Position numbers and translations under genes: made by a program. From a virus, in the IMG/VR virus record IMGVR_UViG_3300044562_000007: DNA of 40,533 nt. One strand, 5' to 3'. The notes under the pieces are model-generated. The model had not been told where the DNA came from, did not search any database, and saw nothing but the letters and a program-made list of their open reading frames with translations. Below are positions 24,609 to 32,922 of the stretch, in pieces; the stretch's first letter is position 1; each line of letters starts with the position of its first letter.

Positions 24609-24849
24609 CATTGATGATTTGCAAAGCTTAATTGATCAACAAGCCCATACAGCATTTGATTCTAAGTTTGACAATGATTGGGATCTTGAAAACGACGATG
24701 CAAGATTAGCTTTTCAAGCATTAAAGAACACAGATGAATTTAAAAAGTTCAGAGATGCAATGATTAAGCAATACAAAGGAAAGATCACTGATGATTTCCT
24801 CCACAAGATTGAAAACATTAAAGAAATAATCAAGCAAGCAGGTGAGTAA
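24601..24849 (+). CDS. Hypothetical early protein
   Basis: ATG 24601 is preceded by an AAGGAG RBS; 82-aa acidic protein. Confidence 0.5.
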   Translation: MTNIDDLQSLIDQQAHTAFDSKFDNDWDLENDDARLAFQALKNTDEFKKFRDAMIKQYKGKITDDFLHKIENIKEIIKQAGE

Positions 24850-24877
24850 TTACTGATGTATGAAACGAGGTATATAA

Positions 24878-25579
24878 ATGAAAGTAATTCATGCAGCTGA
24901 CATTAAAAAGCCTACAGCTTTACGAATCTTATATGGAAATCCTGGAATGGGAAAAACAACAACTATTCAATATATGCCTGGAAGAAAGTTAGTTATTGAT
25001 ATTGACGGAACTTCAAGCGTATTAAAGGGTAAGCAAGACATAGATATTGTTGAAGTTGATCCTAATAACATTCGTGAAGACTTACCAAAGCTTTTAAAAG
25101 ATATTCAAGATAATTATTTAGATCAATATGACAGTATTGCATTAGACAATATTTCCGAATTAGAAAATGCTGTTTTAACAGAATACGGCAAAAAAGGAAA
25201 TAATCATGGCGTTCCTGGCATTCAAAACTATCAGCAACTTCAATTCTTTGAACTTGACTTGATTAGATATATGAAAGCTTGGGATAAAGAAATACTAATT
25301 ACAGCTTGGGAAATGACTGATGAATTTACTGATGAAAATACAGGTCAGTCTTTCACCAGAGCTTATCCACAAATTAGAAAGCCAATTTTAACTAACGTGA
25401 TGGGATTAGCCCTTCAAGTGGGGAGAATTATTATTAGTCCTAAAACGGGAAAGAGAGGAATTACCTTAGCACCAAGTAACGCTATTTTTGCTAAGAATCA
25501 AATTGATGATAGAAAGGTTTCCTTACAGGAAGATTTGTTCAACGGTAAAGAGATTCCTCAAAAGAATGGTAATCATTAA
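24878..25579 (+). CDS. AAA-type ATPase, Sak4-like (RecA-fold single-strand annealing/recombination protein family)
   Basis: Walker A motif YGNPGMGKTT. About 233 aa, followed by a helicase and a DUF669-like gene, which is the usual Sak4 neighbourhood. Confidence 0.7.
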   Translation: MKVIHAADIKKPTALRILYGNPGMGKTTTIQYMPGRKLVIDIDGTSSVLKGKQDIDIVEVDPNNIREDLPKLLKDIQDNYLDQYDSIALDNISELENAVLTEYGKKGNNHGVPGIQNYQQLQFFELDLIRYMKAWDKEILITAWEMTDEFTDENTGQSFTRAYPQIRKPILTNVMGLALQVGRIIISPKTGKRGITLAPSNAIFAKNQIDDRKVSLQEDLFNGKEIPQKNGNH

Positions 25580-26940
25580 TGTACCAACTATTTGATTATC
25601 AACAAAAACTAGTCAATGAGACTAGAGAAAAACTTGCTCAAGGACATCATGGTGTTCTTATAGTTAGCCCACCTGGTAGTGGTAAATCAGTTGTAATTGC
25701 TGAAATAGCTAGATTAACAACACTTAAGAAGAACAGAATATTATTCTTTGTTCATCGTAAAGAATTAGTTAATCAGATCAAGGATTCATTTATTAAGCAA
25801 GATGTTGATTTGAAATATTGCACCATTTTAACAGTAGGCAAGGTAGCTAACAGATTAAATATTCTAGCAAAACCAAGCTTAATCATTGTGGATGAATCAC
25901 AACACTCAAGAGCTAAAACATATCAAAAAATATTTGATTATTATGATGATGTTCCTAGACTAGGATTTACTGGTTCACCATGGCGCTTATCTGGTAAAGG
26001 ATTCAAAGATATTTATTCAGCTATGGTTCAAGGACCAACTACCAAGTGGTTAATTGAGCATCATAAACTTGCTCCATTTACCGTCTACGGCTATCAGCTA
26101 GGCAATAAAAATGTTCTTAAGCATAGTTCTACTGGTGACTATACAAAACAGTCTATGGACGATTTTACGCACTCTATCATACATGGTGACATTGTAAAAT
26201 CATGGCTCAAGTTTGCTAAAGATCGTAAAACTATTATCTATTGCCATTCTACCAGCTTTAGTAAGGAAGTGGCACAGTCTTTTAGGGATGCAGGAATTAA
26301 TGCAGTTCATGCAGATGCTAAAACTCCTGAAGGTAAACGTGACAAGATAATGGCTGATTTTAAAAAAGGTAAGATCAAAATATTATGCAATGTTGATCTA
26401 GTAAGTGAAGGCTTTAATGTTCCTGACTGTTCATGCGTAGTTCTATTAAGACCAACACAAAGCCTAGTAATTTACTTACAGCAATCAATGAGAGCTATGA
26501 GATATCAACCTAATAAACATGCAATCATTATTGATCAAGTTGGCAATTTTGAAAGATTTGGCTTGCCTGATACTGATTACAAGTGGACTTTGGAAGATCG
26601 TGAGAAACATCCACGCAAAGATAGCGGTAGTACAGATGGATTACAAATTAAAACGTGTCCTGATTGTTTTGCAGTTATTAGAGCAGAATGTGTGAAATGT
26701 CCTATCTGTGGTCATGATTTTTCAATTGAAATTAGAAAAATTAAGCAAAAGAAAGATCAGGAATTAAGAGCAATTAAAGTGGAAGAACATACTAGCGAAG
26801 CTTTTACAACCAATTATATTCTTACTCAAAATCCTGCAACTTTTACTACAATGAAACAATTTTACGATTATGCCAAAGCCAAAGGATATAAAAAAGGCTG
26901 GGCATATTATCAAGGAAAAGCCAAAGGCTTAGTACATTAA
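25579..26940 (+). CDS. SF2 DEAD/DEAH-box helicase with a C-terminal zinc ribbon
   Basis: SPPGSGKS (motif I), VDESQH (motif II), and CPDC...CPICGH. Confidence 0.85.
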   Translation: MYQLFDYQQKLVNETREKLAQGHHGVLIVSPPGSGKSVVIAEIARLTTLKKNRILFFVHRKELVNQIKDSFIKQDVDLKYCTILTVGKVANRLNILAKPSLIIVDESQHSRAKTYQKIFDYYDDVPRLGFTGSPWRLSGKGFKDIYSAMVQGPTTKWLIEHHKLAPFTVYGYQLGNKNVLKHSSTGDYTKQSMDDFTHSIIHGDIVKSWLKFAKDRKTIIYCHSTSFSKEVAQSFRDAGINAVHADAKTPEGKRDKIMADFKKGKIKILCNVDLVSEGFNVPDCSCVVLLRPTQSLVIYLQQSMRAMRYQPNKHAIIIDQVGNFERFGLPDTDYKWTLEDREKHPRKDSGSTDGLQIKTCPDCFAVIRAECVKCPICGHDFSIEIRKIKQKKDQELRAIKVEEHTSEAFTTNYILTQNPATFTTMKQFYDYAKAKGYKKGWAYYQGKAKGLVH

Positions 26941-26956
26941 AAAGGAGATATTAAAA

Positions 26957-27484
26957 ATGACTTTATTTACTACTAATTATAACGATTTAAAAAATGACGA
27001 ATATGCACCAATTCCAGAAGGTGAATACGAATGTATTATTGAAGACACTCGCCCTGATGCCACGCCTAATGGAACTGAATACATCAAGATGAACCTCAGA
27101 ATCAGAAAAGACTTGGACAAAGCTCTACCAGATACTAATGGCAAGCAGCATAACCGCATTGTCTTTGTCAATGTCTGGAAACGTAAAAAGACTGGCAAAT
27201 ATGATCCATCTGACCTTAATTACATTATGAAAGCCGCTGGTTATCCTGAAAATACTCCTGTAAAGGATTGGGACGACTGGACAAACAAATTGGTAGGCAA
27301 GCCAGTTAAAGTAAGAGTAACGATCGATAAATCAGAATATCAAGGCAAAACTACTGAAAGAAATCAAGTATGGTGCAATTCATTCAGACCAACTGACTAT
27401 CCTTTGCAAGGAAGAAAACAAGAAGATCCATTCAAAGGCAATGAAGGATCCGATGAAATTAATGATGATGATTTACCGTTCTAA
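26957..27484 (+). CDS. DUF669-like protein with an SSB-type acidic C-terminal tip (candidate phage ssDNA-binding protein)
   Basis: 175 aa ending ...SDEINDDDLPF. It sits between the helicase and the primase. Confidence 0.55.
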   Translation: MTLFTTNYNDLKNDEYAPIPEGEYECIIEDTRPDATPNGTEYIKMNLRIRKDLDKALPDTNGKQHNRIVFVNVWKRKKTGKYDPSDLNYIMKAAGYPENTPVKDWDDWTNKLVGKPVKVRVTIDKSEYQGKTTERNQVWCNSFRPTDYPLQGRKQEDPFKGNEGSDEINDDDLPF

Positions 27485-27535
27485 ATCTAGAAAAGAAGTA
27501 CAACAATGGCTAGCAATAGAAGCGAGGTGAAGCAA

Positions 27536-29854
27536 ATGACTAAATTTAACTATAAAACCATTCCTGAAGAACTGAGAAACTTAAAGCAATGGGGTTTGTT
27601 TCATCTCAAATATGTGCCTGAACGTCATAAAAACACTAAGATACCACTTAATGCTTATAACGGCAAAAAAGGTAAGTCAAATGATCCTTCCACATGGTCT
27701 GACTTCGATACTGCTTTGAGGGCTTTGCATAAATACCCTCAAGCAGATGGCTTAGCATTCTATTTTGCCAATGGCTATGTGGGCTTAGATATTGATTCGA
27801 TTGAAAGCGATTTGCAAGACTATTTTGCTGGTTCGCCAGAGACATTAATTACCACTTTTAGAAATCTTACTAAAAAGACTTACATGGAAGTAAGTCAATC
27901 AGGCAAAGGCATTCACTGTATTTTTAAAGGAAGCATTCCTGGCAAGCATAGACGCAAAGGCAATTATGAAATGTATCAATCTGGTCGTTTCTTTGCCTTA
28001 ACTGGAAACACGATTGGCTCAAACAAAATCCAATCGCTTAATCATGATGAAATGAAAAAGCTCTATGAATTTCTCTTTGGCAAAGACAAAATCGTAAATA
28101 TCGATGATTATCAAGAAAAACCTATTAATAATCTATCAGTAAGTGAAATTATTAATCGAATGCTTACATCTGCCAAAGGGCAAAGGGACAAATTGTTTAT
28201 GCAAGGCGGTTGGGAGAAATTTTATCCGTCTCAATCTGAAGCGGATTTGGCTTTTGCTAATGACTTAGCCTTTTGGACTGGCAAAGACTTTCACAAGATG
28301 GATGAAATTTTTCGAAACTCTAGTTTGATGCGTGAAAAATGGGATGAAAAACACGGCGCTACCACATATGGAATTGCTACCTTAAATAAGGCAATCAATG
28401 ATACTGTTAATACTTTTACTACTGATAATGCAGAAGCTAAAGATGTTTATGGCTTTAATCAAGTTTCTTCGAAGGAAAAGAAAACACCGCCTCGTTCATG
28501 GGATGACATGGGAATGGCGCAAAGATTTTTAGATCGATTTCCTGATAAGTTTCTATATTCATTCACTGATAAAAAGTGGTATGTCTTCAATGGCTCATAT
28601 TGGGAGCAGGATAATCAGGGATTAATCGAAAAAGCCGCTGATGAAGTCATCAATTCACTTAAGACAGAGCCAATCACTATCAGTGATGATATGGATGAAA
28701 AAGAAGCCAAAAAATCTTGGCAACGATTTATCAAAAATGAACGCAACCATGCTGGCAAAGAAAACTTGATTAAAGAGCTAAAGCACTTAGTTCCAGTTTT
28801 ACATAGTCAATGGGACCAGAAAAAAATGGTTTTAAATACGCCATCTGGCTATGTGGATTTAACCAATGGCGTTTTGCATGATCATGATGTAAAAATGATG
28901 TTTACTCAGGAAACAGGAGTAGATTTTACAGAAAAAGTTGACTGCCCACATTGGATTGAGTTTCTAGACCAGACATTCAACCACGATCAAGAAATAATTC
29001 ATTTCGTACAAAAAGCAATGGGATATTCGATGACTGGCTCAAACAGTGAGCAAGTGATGTTTATTCCATATGGCAATGGCCGAAATGGTAAATCAGTATT
29101 TTTAAATGTGTTTAAATACGTTGCTGGATCCTATGCTAAAACCATGAATGCCGAGACCATCATGCAAAAACGCAATAATTCAAGTCAAGGACCCAGCTCA
29201 GATATTGCACGGCTTGAAGGCGCTAGATTAGTAATTTCAAGTGAAGCAAATGAAGGGGACAGACTAGACGAATCATTAGTTAAGCAAATGACTGGTGGAG
29301 ATACATTAGTTGCTCGCTATTCATATGGCAGCGACTTTGAATTTAATCCTGTTTTCAAATTATGGATGGCTACCAATCACATGCCAAATATTCATGGCAC
29401 TGATGAAGGTATCTGGAGAAGATTAGTCATCATTCCTTTCAACCACACTGTTAAAAAAGAAAATGTAGACAAGAATCTTGAAGATAAATTAAGAGCTGAG
29501 TCAATGGGAATTTTAAAGTGGATCATTGATGGAACAATGATGTGGCAAACGGAAGGTTTGAACGAGCCTGATTCTATTAAACAAGCTGGCAAAGACTATC
29601 GTGAAGAAATGGATGTTATTCAAGCATTTATTGATGAAAACTGCCAGATCAATCCTGATTTGTCAGTTAAAGCATCAGAATTATTTGAATCTTATCTGAA
29701 TTGGTCAAAAGAAACAAACAATTGGGATGGAATGTCCAATAACAAATTTGGACGTGAAATTAGCAAGCGATTTAAAAAGAAGCATACCAGAGATGGCTAT
29801 GTTTATTCTGGCTTAGATTTAGTTAAAAATCACTTATATGGTTTTAACAGGTGA
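27536..29854 (+). CDS. Bifunctional primase-polymerase / SF3 (P4/D5-type) replicative helicase
   Basis: The N-terminal prim-pol-like region is LKQWGLFHLKY...GLAFYF...GLDID. The C-terminal Walker A is GNGRNGKS. ATG 27536 (GAGGTGA RBS) is preferred over 27506. Confidence 0.9.
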   Translation: MTKFNYKTIPEELRNLKQWGLFHLKYVPERHKNTKIPLNAYNGKKGKSNDPSTWSDFDTALRALHKYPQADGLAFYFANGYVGLDIDSIESDLQDYFAGSPETLITTFRNLTKKTYMEVSQSGKGIHCIFKGSIPGKHRRKGNYEMYQSGRFFALTGNTIGSNKIQSLNHDEMKKLYEFLFGKDKIVNIDDYQEKPINNLSVSEIINRMLTSAKGQRDKLFMQGGWEKFYPSQSEADLAFANDLAFWTGKDFHKMDEIFRNSSLMREKWDEKHGATTYGIATLNKAINDTVNTFTTDNAEAKDVYGFNQVSSKEKKTPPRSWDDMGMAQRFLDRFPDKFLYSFTDKKWYVFNGSYWEQDNQGLIEKAADEVINSLKTEPITISDDMDEKEAKKSWQRFIKNERNHAGKENLIKELKHLVPVLHSQWDQKKMVLNTPSGYVDLTNGVLHDHDVKMMFTQETGVDFTEKVDCPHWIEFLDQTFNHDQEIIHFVQKAMGYSMTGSNSEQVMFIPYGNGRNGKSVFLNVFKYVAGSYAKTMNAETIMQKRNNSSQGPSSDIARLEGARLVISSEANEGDRLDESLVKQMTGGDTLVARYSYGSDFEFNPVFKLWMATNHMPNIHGTDEGIWRRLVIIPFNHTVKKENVDKNLEDKLRAESMGILKWIIDGTMMWQTEGLNEPDSIKQAGKDYREEMDVIQAFIDENCQINPDLSVKASELFESYLNWSKETNNWDGMSNNKFGREISKRFKKKHTRDGYVYSGLDLVKNHLYGFNR

Positions 29855-30095
29855 TGGATTGTGATGGCTTTGAAAATCCATCACACCTTAGAGCGAGTAA
29901 GGCTGAAGCCTAATTATGTGACGGATTTGCTCTTGCGTGTATAACTTTATATATATATTTATTTATTTTTATTTTCAACTCTTTTTTAAAAAGTAATAAA
30001 TCCATCACAAAGTGACATTAAGCCTTGTGGCTGTAGAGCTAAGATCCGTCACACAATCCGTCATAATCCATCACAAATCCATCACATCCGTCACA
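29850..30095. repeat. Iteron array and AT-rich spacer: putative phage origin of replication
   Basis: Ten copies of ATCC(A/G)TCACA: three inverted (29850, 29860, 29917) and seven direct (29876, 30000, 30044, 30056, 30066, 30077, 30086). They flank 29941..30000, where I counted 5 G+C in 60 nt. Confidence 0.65.
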
Positions 30096-30130
30096 CTTTT
30101 TAGCAGTTAATTAAGGAGAGTGCTAATAAA

Positions 30131-30328
30131 ATGATATTAAAAATAAATTTTAAAAACGGTAATAAGCTCCGTTTTGATGCAAATTATTCTGATCCATCTG
30201 AACTAAAGAACATGCTTAATGATCAAACAGGAATTGGTGACAACTTTTATTACATCAAAGGCAAAGATGGTAGTTGGCTTATAGTTGATTATCAATCTGT
30301 ACAATCTATGGTTCTTTTAGAAAAATGA
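30131..30328 (+). CDS. Hypothetical protein
   Basis: 65-aa ORF with an AAGGAGAG RBS. Confidence 0.5.
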   Translation: MILKINFKNGNKLRFDANYSDPSELKNMLNDQTGIGDNFYYIKGKDGSWLIVDYQSVQSMVLLEK

Positions 30329-30507
30329 TTAAATACTCTAAAAATTCTTGGTATTACAGTGACGGTACCAAGATCGAATTTAAATATCACAACCCACCAC
30401 CTGTGTGGGTGAACAAAGACGGAATTATCAGATTAATTGATTATGACGATAAAAACGATGCTAACGAATTAATTCAAAGATTAGAAAGGATTTTATATGG
30501 TAAATAA
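30325..30507 (+). CDS. Hypothetical protein
   Basis: 60-aa ORF with an ATGA overlap with the upstream gene. Confidence 0.5.
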   Translation: MIKYSKNSWYYSDGTKIEFKYHNPPPVWVNKDGIIRLIDYDDKNDANELIQRLERILYGK

Positions 30508-30817
30508 ATCTAATCCTTTTAAGGACTATACAAATCATTTAGCTGAAATATTACAAGAAAAAAATAAAGCTTATGGTGACAGCTTTACTAAATCGGTTGA
30601 TAAATATGGATTATCAGTAATTGGAGTACGTTTATCTGACAAATATAATCGAATTGAACATTTAATTACCCATCATGAACTTAAAGAAAATGATGAAAGT
30701 TTAGAAGATACACTGTTAGATATGGCAGGATATTCAATTCTTGGATTGAAATATCTTAAGGAGCATGAAAATGGCTATATCAAGGATTTAGAAGGAGAAC
30801 AAGATGAAGATAATTGA
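30497..30817 (+). CDS. MazG-like / DUF1599-like all-alpha NTP pyrophosphohydrolase (tentative)
   Basis: KNKAYGDSF...RLSDKYNRIEHL...ESLEDTLLDMAGYSILGL resembles this family (recalled, not searched). Confidence 0.4.
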   Translation: MVNKSNPFKDYTNHLAEILQEKNKAYGDSFTKSVDKYGLSVIGVRLSDKYNRIEHLITHHELKENDESLEDTLLDMAGYSILGLKYLKEHENGYIKDLEGEQDEDN

Positions 30818-31091
30818 TAAAACTAATGGCAACAGTAAAGAGTGGGGCTATGGAACAGTTTTAAAGTGCTGGGGCCGTAATCCAAAAATGTTTAGTCTAT
30901 TAAAAATTTCTCGTGCCGAAGCTTCGGATAGAGACAGTTACAGACTAGATATATTGCGTGACCAAAGTGCAAATGAAGATATGGTTTGGGATAAAAAATA
31001 TTCAGATATTTTTTCTTTAAAAGATGATCTTAGTAAATACTTCGATCATGTGATGAGAGTTAAGGCGACTATTATTATTGAATATTTATAG
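30804..31091 (+). CDS. Hypothetical protein
   Basis: 95-aa ORF with a GAAGGAG RBS. Confidence 0.5.
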   Translation: MKIIDKTNGNSKEWGYGTVLKCWGRNPKMFSLLKISRAEASDRDSYRLDILRDQSANEDMVWDKKYSDIFSLKDDLSKYFDHVMRVKATIIIEYL

Positions 31092-31146
31092 CAATGAAGA
31101 TCAAGACAAAATTTATAGTTATATTTAATTATTCGAGGTGATATAG

Positions 31147-31320
31147 ATGGGTATTAGATATGGCTTTAACTATCATACTGACGAAAATATCAGTAATCTG
31201 GCAATGATAATTATGCAGAAGGCTAACGCACTCAAGCCTGACTATCTGGAAATTGATGGCCTAGCACATGAAATCATCAAATACTGCCAGCAGGGGATGA
31301 AATACAATGAAAATCATTAA
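31147..31320 (+). CDS. Small hypothetical ORF (57 aa, not in the ORF track)
   Basis: ATG after a GAGGTGA RBS. Translation: MGIRYGFNYHTDENISNLAMIIMQKANALKPDYLEIDGLAHEIIKYCQQGMKYNENH. Confidence 0.4.
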   Translation: MGIRYGFNYHTDENISNLAMIIMQKANALKPDYLEIDGLAHEIIKYCQQGMKYNENH

Positions 31321-31335
31321 AGCAATACAGCACGC

Positions 31336-31647
31336 ATGGCATTGGTGGTGTTCAATATGGGAATAATCAGTTGGTTTGCTAATCATATACTTGAAATTTC
31401 TCTTTATGCATGGATTTTTCTTATGATTCTGGATCTTTACTCTAATCGTAAGAATAAAAAATCAAATAAAGAATTATCAGAAGAAATCCATAAAAGCAAC
31501 AATTTAAACGATCAGTTACTTGAAACTGTTAAAAAATATTGCGATTCAACTGAACGCAAATCGACAGCTCAGGATAATCTAATGTGGGAATCGATATTGA
31601 TCCTTGCTCGTAGAATTCATGATTTGGAGGAACCCAATGCAAGATAA
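31336..31647 (+). CDS. Hypothetical protein with an N-terminal TM region
   Basis: 103 aa with the hydrophobic N-terminus VFNMGIISWFANHILEISLYAWIFLMIL. Confidence 0.45.
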   Translation: MALVVFNMGIISWFANHILEISLYAWIFLMILDLYSNRKNKKSNKELSEEIHKSNNLNDQLLETVKKYCDSTERKSTAQDNLMWESILILARRIHDLEEPNAR

Positions 31648-31978
31648 ATCAGAACATTCTATACAGAAAGAAATTCAGGTGGCTTTGTCACAACATAATT
31701 GTTCAGTATTCCGTACTAATGTTGGTAAGGTTATGACTATTGATCACAGATGGTTTGATACTGGGCTCCCACAAGGCTTTCCTGATCTTATGGGTTATCG
31801 TTGGGTAGATAATCAAATCTTCTTTATTGAAGTAAAAAATAAAACTGGTAAACCTAGAGAAGATCAAATTAGATTTCATGAATTTCTTACATCACATAAA
31901 GTTATTCATGGTATTGCTAGATCTGCCAAAGATGCATTGATGATTGTGGATGGCGCGTTAATAGGTTACGGATATTAA
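31637..31978 (+). CDS. VRR-NUC domain nuclease
   Basis: ATG 31637 with a GGAGG RBS. GFPDLMGY...FFIEVKNKTGKPREDQ matches the PD...ExK signature of VRR-NUC. Confidence 0.75.
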   Translation: MQDKSEHSIQKEIQVALSQHNCSVFRTNVGKVMTIDHRWFDTGLPQGFPDLMGYRWVDNQIFFIEVKNKTGKPREDQIRFHEFLTSHKVIHGIARSAKDALMIVDGALIGYGY

Positions 31979-31997
31979 ATAAAAATGGAGCGATAAA

Positions 31998-32447
31998 ATG
32001 AATCATTTACGTGATATAGACTTTGATGAAACTGCACACAACGTTGATAAACTTTTACGCAAAAAATTACCTTCTCTCGCTTTACGTTGTGGTAGTAGTC
32101 TAACAGAATTATCAAGTCCTAAACTTTCCTTAGCTCCAAGTCATACCAATAGAACTGATATACAAGAAAACATGATTGTTGATTCATTTGGGATCTCTAA
32201 GATTGTAGATGCAATCCACAAAACTATTTTTAGCTGTTCAGACAATTCAAAGATTATCCTAGTCAATTACTACCTATTAAATAAGACACAAGAACAAGTA
32301 ATCATGTTGCTTCCTTATGAGAAGTCTCAATACTATAAAACATTAAAACCAATAGCTTTGGTTGAGTTTGCTGATAGATATGATTACTGGCAATGTCAAT
32401 GTGGTGTTGATCCTGAAGACATTACTGATCTTCATGTATACATTTAG
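31998..32447 (+). CDS. ArpU-family late transcriptional regulator
   Basis: 149 aa, the last early gene before the packaging module. The sequence style (NVDKLLRK...LSxP...NYYLLNKTQEQV) is that of ArpU/RinA-like activators. Confidence 0.65.
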   Translation: MNHLRDIDFDETAHNVDKLLRKKLPSLALRCGSSLTELSSPKLSLAPSHTNRTDIQENMIVDSFGISKIVDAIHKTIFSCSDNSKIILVNYYLLNKTQEQVIMLLPYEKSQYYKTLKPIALVEFADRYDYWQCQCGVDPEDITDLHVYI

Positions 32448-32621
32448 CGGATACTTACTGGAAGTTAGTGAGACTTTCAGCGGACTTCCATAGGCATCAA
32501 CCATGGTTTAATTGATAGTGTCAGATAGTGAAGGAAAAGCTATTTGATATGTGGGTTCAATCTTTATTATTGGAAAACCTCCTTAAAAAATAGTGAGCGT
32601 ACGTGAGTGGCCTCATTTATC

Positions 32622-32646
32622 TACGGTTCGATTCCGTGGACGTACA
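32622..32646 (+). other. tRNA-like 3' fragment (T-arm plus acceptor 3' strand); not a complete tRNA
   Basis: TACGG-TTCGATT-CCGTG (a canonical T-loop sequence) followed by GACGTAC-A. No D arm or anticodon arm can be built upstream. Confidence 0.3.
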
Positions 32647-32775
32647 TAGAAACAACAAAAGCATCATAAATCTGTAATTCTTATCCACTTTGTTGTTTCA
32701 AAGTCGCTGGCATCATTCAATTGATAATTTTTAAACACATTATGTATGTCTTTGCACTGTCAGCAACTAATAAAA

Positions 32776-32808
32776 ACTATTGAGCGTGGAAAACTCAATA
32801 GTTTTTTT
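32776..32808 (+). terminator. Rho-independent terminator
   Basis: 9-bp stem ACTATTGAG / CTCAATAGT, a 9-nt loop, then TTTTTT. Confidence 0.75.
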
Positions 32809-32826
32809 ATTTTTATTAAACAATTA

Positions 32827-32901
32827 AAACGCAATTTTATTGGTATGGAACTAAATAAAAAGTATTTTGAAATAGCTAAGCAAAGAATCGAAAATGCTTA
32901 G
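32827..32901 (+). pseudogene. 3'-terminal remnant of a DNA methyltransferase gene
   Basis: It translates as KRNFIGMELNKKYFEIAKQRIENA-stop. This matches the conserved C-terminal R-x-F-I-G-x-E-x-N..Y..IA..RI motif of N6/N4 DNA methylases. No methylase-like sequence lies upstream. Confidence 0.5.
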
Positions 32902-32922
32902 CTTTTATTTTGGGAGGATAAA

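Noticed and set aside
26977-29592. Minus-strand ORFs 26977..27198, 27648..27845 and 29392..29592
   Set aside because: They are antisense to the DUF669-like and primase-helicase genes, with no RBS or recognisable motif.
30044-30095. Tandem ATCC(A/G)TCACA repeats read as a CRISPR array
   Set aside because: The repeats are 10 nt long and abut each other with a 9-12 bp period and no spacers. Inverted copies and an AT-rich core nearby fit iterons of a replication origin.
32599-32648. A complete tRNA gene around the GGTTCGATTCC T-loop
   Set aside because: Only the T-arm and the acceptor 3' strand can be folded. The 17 nt between the possible 5' acceptor strand (GTACGT, which pairs partly because CGTACG is itself palindromic) and the T-arm leave no room for D and anticodon arms, and there is no CCA. 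I report it only as a tRNA-like fragment.
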